Origin: Candidatus Aenigmatarchaeota archaeon
GTDB lineage: Archaea > Aenigmatarchaeota > Aenigmatarchaeia > QMZS01
Assembly: GCA_016932615.1 (NCBI GenBank)
Contig: JAFGCN010000007.1
Coordinates: 19,189-83,188 of the forward strand
Length of the DNA: 64,000 bases
Direction of reading: 5' to 3'
Under the pieces are notes generated by a model that was given only the letters and a program-made list of their open reading frames with translations, made no database searches and was not told where the DNA came from. The translations under genes were made by a program, and so were the position numbers. Shown piece after piece: positions 58,720-64,000 of the stretch. Numbering within the stretch: position 1 is the stretch's first letter; each line of letters opens with the position of its first letter.

Positions 58720-59295
58720 TTAGCGAATCGACTCCTTTAGCCCTTTTTCGAACTTCAAGCGAAAGTCCTTGTTTTTCTGGAGCTTCTCGTCAGCAAGCTT
58801 CAGGAGGTAAACCAGGTATTCCTTTGGCACAAGAGGCCTGCCGCCCTCCATTACCGGAACCGCCATGGAGGGTGTCCCGTTAAGCTCAAGGACGTACCTT
58901 TCCGGCTTGAAGACAAACACACCCGAGTGTTTCAGCCCACACTTTATGCCAAGGTCCAGCATCCTTGTCGCCTCGGTCAGGGTCCTTGATGCGATGTGTA
59001 TTATGAAGGGCTCCTGCTTAAGCCACACCCTGCCGCCAAGGCCCTCCGGGCTTGCATTCAGGAAGTCGTCAGGGTTTACCTTCTCGTGCTCCTTTACTAT
59101 AAACTCATTGTCCACCTTCCTCTTTCCAAACTCATGAAGGAAAATAACTCTTCCTGAGCAGCTTGAAGTCGTATAGTAGTCAGTGAGGGAATTTATGTAG
59201 TTAATCATCTCGATAATGGGTCTATCCACCTTGCCCTCTTCAAGCGCCAGGGAATATTTTTTCATCGCCTTTAGCTTATCATTTCTAAATCCCAT
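58720..59295 (-). CDS. taw3: tRNA wybutosine-synthesizing protein 3 (Taw3/TYW3)
   Basis: YYTTSSCSGRVIFL motif of TYW3 family; 191 aa. Confidence 0.75.
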   Translation of the reverse strand: MGFRNDKLKAMKKYSLALEEGKVDRPIIEMINYINSLTDYYTTSSCSGRVIFLHEFGKRKVDNEFIVKEHEKVNPDDFLNASPEGLGGRVWLKQEPFIIHIASRTLTEATRMLDLGIKCGLKHSGVFVFKPERYVLELNGTPSMAVPVMEGGRPLVPKEYLVYLLKLADEKLQKNKDFRLKFEKGLKESIR

Positions 59296-59299
59296 AATT

Positions 59300-59782
59300 A
59301 TGGGAAAGGTTGCAAATATTATTTCAGTTTTGAACCTTTCTCTTGGCGTTCTCGCGATAAGGTTTGCCTTTTTTGGTGAACTCTACACCTCTGCAGTCCT
59401 GCTTCTCCTGGCCGTTGTTGCTGACGTTCTTGACGGAAAGGTCGCAAGAGGCGAAAAAAAGACGGAACTGGGAAAGCAGCTTGACTCTCTTTCCGATATG
59501 ATATCGTTTGGTGCAGCCCCCGCAGTAATCCTCATGGCCTACCTTCCTTTCGAGCTGTTCTTTATCCCGCTTCTTATAGCAATTGCAGGAGAACTTCGGC
59601 TTGCAAGATACAATGTGACAAACCAGAGCAAGGCCTTCATCGGCCTTCCGATTACCTTCAACGGGCTTTTTGTGCCCATCCTGATTTTTGGAGGGCTTAC
59701 CAGCCCCCTTGCGGTAATCGCATACTCGCTAATTGTTTCTATACTGATGGTTTCGACGGTCAGGATTAAAAGGATAATTTAG
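59300..59782 (+). CDS. CDP-alcohol phosphatidyltransferase (archaetidylserine synthase-like)
   Basis: DVLDGKVARGEKKTELGKQLDSLSD = D-x2-DG-x2-AR...G-x3-D-x3-D signature. Start placed at the internal ATG 59300 to avoid overlap with taw3; the ORF track begins at 59216. Confidence 0.7.
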   Translation: MGKVANIISVLNLSLGVLAIRFAFFGELYTSAVLLLLAVVADVLDGKVARGEKKTELGKQLDSLSDMISFGAAPAVILMAYLPFELFFIPLLIAIAGELRLARYNVTNQSKAFIGLPITFNGLFVPILIFGGLTSPLAVIAYSLIVSILMVSTVRIKRII

Positions 59783-59820
59783 CCGAAAAAACTGGTTCTC
59801 AAAATACAATCAAAGCTGAA

Positions 59821-60639
59821 CTATTTGCAGCCGCTAATCAAACCCGATATGCTTGAATTCCCGGTGAGGTTTATTGTCAGGTGGTCTCCCTTCAGGCAGT
59901 AAGTGTCTTCTATCCTTGCAAAGCAGTTCTTGTTCGGAGTAAGGGCCTCAAGAGAAGCGCAGGCAGTGCCTGTTCCGCTCCAGTATGCGATAGTTTTGGG
60001 AGAGCCGGCAACAGAGTACCTTATTGCGCTGAGGTTTAAGTCCCGCTTGTTCGAAACCGGGGTCTTTATCTGGAAGCATATGCCTGAGCCGCACTGGTAA
60101 ACTGACGGTATTGCCAAATCAATCCCTGCATTTTCCTCTCCCGGTGCCACGCTTGTAGAAGTCCCTGTTGTTTGGGTCTGGTTGGTTTTGTTTTGCACAG
60201 TTTCCCCGTCACCGGACGAAATTTCTCCACTTGCCCCAACATCCCTTAGGCAGTCAGACCTGAGCTGAGGCAGGAAGATCTTTTCACATAAAGCAGCGCT
60301 CTTCTTGTAAATGCCTACCCGGAAATAACAGGCATCCTTTTTGGAAGAATCCGTCAATTGTTCGCAAACCGACTCCTCCATCAAAACCTTCGAAACCTCC
60401 TCATAGCAGGTTTCTGTATAAAAGTCTCCAGGAATCCGGTCACAGATTGAAGTGTCCTTATTCTTGACTGCAAGGTCTGTGTAACATCCCACTACAAAGG
60501 AAGTCTGCTGAAAGCTGTCGCACCGGCTGAAGTCTCCGCAGTCATGAAGGAAGTATCCAATAACAGCCCCAATCACCAGACATGCAACTGATGCTGCAAT
60601 TATTGTTCCCCTGGACGAGTTTGGTGCCGATTTTGCCAT
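59821..60639 (-). CDS. membrane-anchored Cys-rich protein, hypothetical
   Basis: N-terminal TM IIAASVACLVIGAVIGYFL; 14 Cys. Confidence 0.3.
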   Translation of the reverse strand: MAKSAPNSSRGTIIAASVACLVIGAVIGYFLHDCGDFSRCDSFQQTSFVVGCYTDLAVKNKDTSICDRIPGDFYTETCYEEVSKVLMEESVCEQLTDSSKKDACYFRVGIYKKSAALCEKIFLPQLRSDCLRDVGASGEISSGDGETVQNKTNQTQTTGTSTSVAPGEENAGIDLAIPSVYQCGSGICFQIKTPVSNKRDLNLSAIRYSVAGSPKTIAYWSGTGTACASLEALTPNKNCFARIEDTYCLKGDHLTINLTGNSSISGLISGCK

Positions 60640-60724
60640 AATTAAAAGAGCAATGGTATTTAAGCGACTATTTTCCCCAAAAGCAGCTTTTTCTGAGAAA
60701 CTTCAAGTCCGGATTGGATATATG

Positions 60725-61519
60725 CTACCTGAATTTAAAATCCACGCAATACCTTGAGATTTTGGCAGAGTATGTGCCGCACTCGACAACATCCAGCACT
60801 TCAACATCCTCCTTAACCTTGCTTAATGCATCTTCCCTGGACTCCGCGAAAACATAGAGATGTATCACTGCGCCGTCTTGGGAAGCGCCCCTTGCCACAT
60901 CGAGAAAAGTTTCTGCATCCTTTGGAAGAGGCATTATTATGCGGTCGAACCTCTCTTCAAGCTTTGGCACGACTTCCCGGACGTCACCGCAGAAAAAACG
61001 TACCCTCCGCCCGACCTTGTTAAGCCGCACGTTTTCTTCCATGTAGCGCACGGCCTCGGGATTTATTTCGACGGCATAGACCATTTCCGGCTTTGCGCGC
61101 TTTGCAATCTGGATTGCGTATGGGCCGATTCCGGCAAACATAACCAGAACCTTTTCGCCTTCCTGCACAAGTCCCACAATCCGCTCCCGCTCGTTTCCAA
61201 GGCGAGGGGAAAAATAGGCCTTAGTGACATCAACCTTGTAGCGGCTTCCATACTCAACATATATCGTCTCTCTCTTGTCCTCCCCCGCAAGAAGAGAGTA
61301 CCGCCTTACCCGGAACTCATCTTCAACAGCGCTCTCACGCTTCAGGACAGTCTTTAGGTTCTTGAAGGACAATAGCTTCTCCCCAATTTCCCTTTCCTTG
61401 CTTTTTAACTCATCCGGAATCCAGATTATTGCAATGTCGCCGACCATGTCAAAGGCAGAAGGGGCAAACTTCATCTCCTCTTCAGTAAGCACACCAGCCA
61501 GCAGTTCTTTTAGTTTCAT
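60725..61519 (-). CDS. Trm5/Taw2 family tRNA methyltransferase (Met-10+ like)
   Basis: FDMVGDIAII, YFSPRLGNER, MFAGIGPYAI motifs. Confidence 0.75.
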   Translation of the reverse strand: MKLKELLAGVLTEEEMKFAPSAFDMVGDIAIIWIPDELKSKEREIGEKLLSFKNLKTVLKRESAVEDEFRVRRYSLLAGEDKRETIYVEYGSRYKVDVTKAYFSPRLGNERERIVGLVQEGEKVLVMFAGIGPYAIQIAKRAKPEMVYAVEINPEAVRYMEENVRLNKVGRRVRFFCGDVREVVPKLEERFDRIIMPLPKDAETFLDVARGASQDGAVIHLYVFAESREDALSKVKEDVEVLDVVECGTYSAKISRYCVDFKFR

Positions 61520-61575
61520 AAATGTTTATCTGAAAAAAACCAAAACTAAGAAGCCAGAAAAAGCAAACCTTACGG

Positions 61576-62169
61576 CTAGCACCCAGAGATGAACCTATAG
61601 TTTTCCATGCCCCAGGAAAGGGATATCTTCAATATGTTTCCGTCAGAGCAGTCTGCGTTGAGGCTTCCATAGCAGCTTTCTCCCGGCGAAAGAACGGGAT
61701 TATCTGCGCAGTCGGGGCCGTCTATTTCTGGGCCATACCAAACTCTTGGCTCCATAGGGACATTGGACAAGTAGTAGCCCGCACCTTCCATAGGCAGGTC
61801 ATAGTCATTTGTGCCAATTGCCTTTACCTCAAAACAAATCCTGGAGCCGCAAATATACGCAGTTGGAATACTGAATTTCTGGCTCATCATTTCGTTTTTA
61901 GCCATCTGCCTGTCAGTCCCTGCCTGAGCAGTCGTTATAAATTCCCTCAGGTAATCATTGACAAAAAAGACCAGAAAGACAGTTACCATCACCATGAGGA
62001 TTGTAGCAATAACCGGCGAAACACCTTTACGAAATCTTTTCGGCCTGACAAAAAGATTCTTTTCAAAAGAAGCCATAATATAAGTAGCTATTTGATATAA
62101 AAACAGCCCATAACTCAGAAAAATCGTTAGCTGCAATTGGATATGCTCTTTGAGTCTTCTGCGCCCCAT
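61576..62169 (-). CDS. class III signal peptide (pilin-like) protein
   Basis: RFRKGVSPVIATILMVMVTVFLVFFV N-terminus; paralog of next gene. Confidence 0.5.
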   Translation of the reverse strand: MGRRRLKEHIQLQLTIFLSYGLFLYQIATYIMASFEKNLFVRPKRFRKGVSPVIATILMVMVTVFLVFFVNDYLREFITTAQAGTDRQMAKNEMMSQKFSIPTAYICGSRICFEVKAIGTNDYDLPMEGAGYYLSNVPMEPRVWYGPEIDGPDCADNPVLSPGESCYGSLNADCSDGNILKISLSWGMENYRFISGC

Positions 62170-62624
62170 GCGATCGAAACCTTGAACACATCCCCAATTC
62201 CACAGTCCTCGTCAAGCATACCATAGCATTTCGCGCCTGGAGCCAGCATCAGGCCAGGGTCCATACAGGAAACACCGCCACTTATGCCCCCCGTCCAATC
62301 TTCCGGACCCTTTGGAACACCATTTATATAGTAGCTTGTTCCCGTCATGTTTACGCTATAAGAATTCGTGGTAAGCGCCTTAAGCTCAAAATAAATTGCC
62401 CCTCCATCCTGATAAACCGTGGTGATTGCGACCTTCTGGTTCAGCTTTTCTGTGTTGGATATTACTTCACTGGTCCTTTGCTGGGAACCCTCCATTGTGC
62501 CCTGAAGCCAGGTATAGCTGAAGGCAATAAGAACAACGGTTATCATGACCATAAGAATTGTGGCCACTACTGGTGAAACACCCTTCCTAAAAGCGTTATT
62601 GCTATTTGAAGCTAAAAGGCCCAT
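62127..62624 (-). CDS. class III signal peptide (pilin-like) protein
   Basis: AFRKGVSPVVATILMVMITVVLIAFSY N-terminus; shared C-terminal C.G.L..DC..G...K block with 61576-62169. Confidence 0.5.
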   Translation of the reverse strand: MGLLASNSNNAFRKGVSPVVATILMVMITVVLIAFSYTWLQGTMEGSQQRTSEVISNTEKLNQKVAITTVYQDGGAIYFELKALTTNSYSVNMTGTSYYINGVPKGPEDWTGGISGGVSCMDPGLMLAPGAKCYGMLDEDCGIGDVFKVSIAWGAEDSKSISNCS

Positions 62625-62672
62625 ATATACTTATATTAAAGTATATATAAATCCGCTTAGGAAAGAAATACT

Positions 62673-64000
62673 ATGAAACCTGTAAATCCAAGTGGGCACA
62701 CCAGTACTTTTTTCTACATACAAACCCATGGCTGTTCCGCAAACCAGTCCGACAGTGAAATTATTGCGGGAATACTTCAGGAATCCGGATTTAAGATTTC
62801 AGAAAACATCGAGAATGCAAAGCTCATCATCATAAACACCTGCTACGTAAAGCAAACAACAGAGAACAGGATACTTGGCCGGTTGAAATATCTCTCGAAG
62901 AAATACCCCTCCAAAAAAATCCTGGTCTGCGGGTGCATGCCTGACGCAATCCGGGACAAACTGGCTAAGGCATCACCAAATGCAGGTCTTTTATCCACAA
63001 ACCGCATCGGGGAGATAAAGAAAGCAGCATTGGCTTTGCTGGACGGAGGCCGACCCGAGCTTCTCGGAAGTTGCAGAAAAGAAAAAGCGGGTCTTCCAAG
63101 AAAGAGAAAAAATCCTCTTGTAGGAATTGTCCAGATTTCATCGGGCTGCCTTGGAAACTGCTCTTACTGCGGGACAAAAATAGCAAAAGGGTCTATTCTG
63201 TCATACTGCCCTGAAAGCATTGTCCATGACGTAAAGGATGCCGTATCTTCCGGATGCACTGAGATATGGCTTACAAGCCAGGATAATGCCTGCTACGGAT
63301 TTGACCTAGGAACTGACCTTTCAGATCTTCTCAAAAACATCCTTCGGGCAAATGGAAAATACTATATCCGTATTGGAATGTTAAACCCTAACCAGCTTAA
63401 AAAAATAATAGGCCCTCTTCTTGAAGTCTGCTCTGATAAGCGGGTCTTTAAGTTCTTCCACATGCCGGTCCAGTCTGGCTCAGCCAAAGTCCTAAGTGAC
63501 ATGAATAGGCCTTACAAGCCAGAGGCGTTTGAAGAGCTTGTGCGGAAAATCAGAAAGAGTTTTCCGCTTTCCACGATAGGCACAGACCTTATCGTTGGCT
63601 ACCCGACAGAAACCAAGGAAGACTTTGAGATGACCCTTGAGCTCATGAGAAAAACCCGACCCGACTGGATAAATATCTCCAGGTATTCCGAAAGGCATGG
63701 AACTCCTGCAGAAAAGCTTAAGCCGCTGGATTCTTCAGTATTGAAAAAAAGAAGCGAAATTGCCCACATGCTTGCAAAAGAAATCGCCGAAGTGGAAACA
63801 AAAAAATGGATTGGCTGGACTGGCGAAGCGCTTATCACAGAAAAGCGAATTGGAAAAAACTTTGCCCATAGGGAGATTATTCTTGACAAGGTTTGCCCTC
63901 CAGGAAAATTTGTAATAGTCAGGGTAGAAAAAACCGAAGGGACAAAAATCTTTGGAAAAATTGATTTGCATAAAACTGCCGAAGAATATTATAATTATAT
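62673..64000 (+). CDS. MiaB-like radical SAM methylthiotransferase (archaeal MtaB/e-MtaB), 3'-truncated by window edge
   Basis: MTTase N-domain (FYIQTHGCSANQSD), radical SAM CLGNCSYCG, TRAM-like C-terminus; ORF open to end of window. Confidence 0.8.
   Translation, partial: MKPVNPSGHTSTFFYIQTHGCSANQSDSEIIAGILQESGFKISENIENAKLIIINTCYVKQTTENRILGRLKYLSKKYPSKKILVCGCMPDAIRDKLAKASPNAGLLSTNRIGEIKKAALALLDGGRPELLGSCRKEKAGLPRKRKNPLVGIVQISSGCLGNCSYCGTKIAKGSILSYCPESIVHDVKDAVSSGCTEIWLTSQDNACYGFDLGTDLSDLLKNILRANGKYYIRIGMLNPNQLKKIIGPLLEVCSDKRVFKFFHMPVQSGSAKVLSDMNRPYKPEAFEELVRKIRKSFPLSTIGTDLIVGYPTETKEDFEMTLELMRKTRPDWINISRYSERHGTPAEKLKPLDSSVLKKRSEIAHMLAKEIAEVETKKWIGWTGEALITEKRIGKNFAHREIILDKVCPPGKFVIVRVEKTEGTKIFGKIDLHKTAEEYYNY

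Noticed and set aside
59216-59299. N-terminal 28 codons of ORF 59216-59782
   Set aside because: Overlaps the end of taw3 on the opposite strand. The phosphatidyltransferase domain and a good hydrophobic N-terminus start at the internal Met (MGKVANIISV...), so the start was moved to 59300.

Overview
Most likely a small-genome archaeon, possibly DPANN-like, at about 45% GC. The archaeal assignment rests on the 16S rRNA 5' end, the tRNA introns, FttA, ribosomal protein S19e, Rpp21 and the Taw3/Trm5/MtaB tRNA-modification genes. The window contains three tRNA genes split by long introns at non-canonical positions: tRNA-Arg(TCT) and tRNA-Thr(TGT) with two introns each, and tRNA-Ser(GGA) with one. 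All five introns carry a similar hairpin with a CT-rich 5' arm and a GA-rich 3' arm just downstream of the 5' splice site. A 16S rRNA gene stands alone, flanked by a perfect 16-bp processing stem and with no 23S gene following. Other content: an RNA-metabolism group (DEAD-box helicase with an RGG tail, FttA/aCPSF1, RNase J-like); a small defence islet (DUF4258/DUF2283 pair, Type IIG restriction-modification enzyme, MNT/HEPN toxin-antitoxin); a three-gene HydABC-type [FeFe] hydrogenase operon; and a cluster of three stand-alone YcaO paralogs (one degraded), each flanked by a small zinc-ribbon gene on the opposite strand. The most striking feature is a ~26-kb island (27.3-53.0 kb) transcribed almost entirely on the minus strand that encodes cell-surface and secreted proteins. 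It opens with a signal peptidase I followed by four proteins carrying the SipW-cognate (TasA/camelysin-type) signal peptide, two of them with vWA domains and Myxococcus-type cysteine-rich repeats. It then encodes many proteins with class III (type-IV-pilin-like) signal peptides, two giant DGICDPDC-repeat proteins with C-terminal transglutaminase-like and clostripain/gingipain-like domains, a parallel beta-helix protein, and an M64-like metallopeptidase. No pilus assembly ATPase or membrane platform gene lies in the window. All assignments come from motif recognition by eye; nothing was searched against a database.
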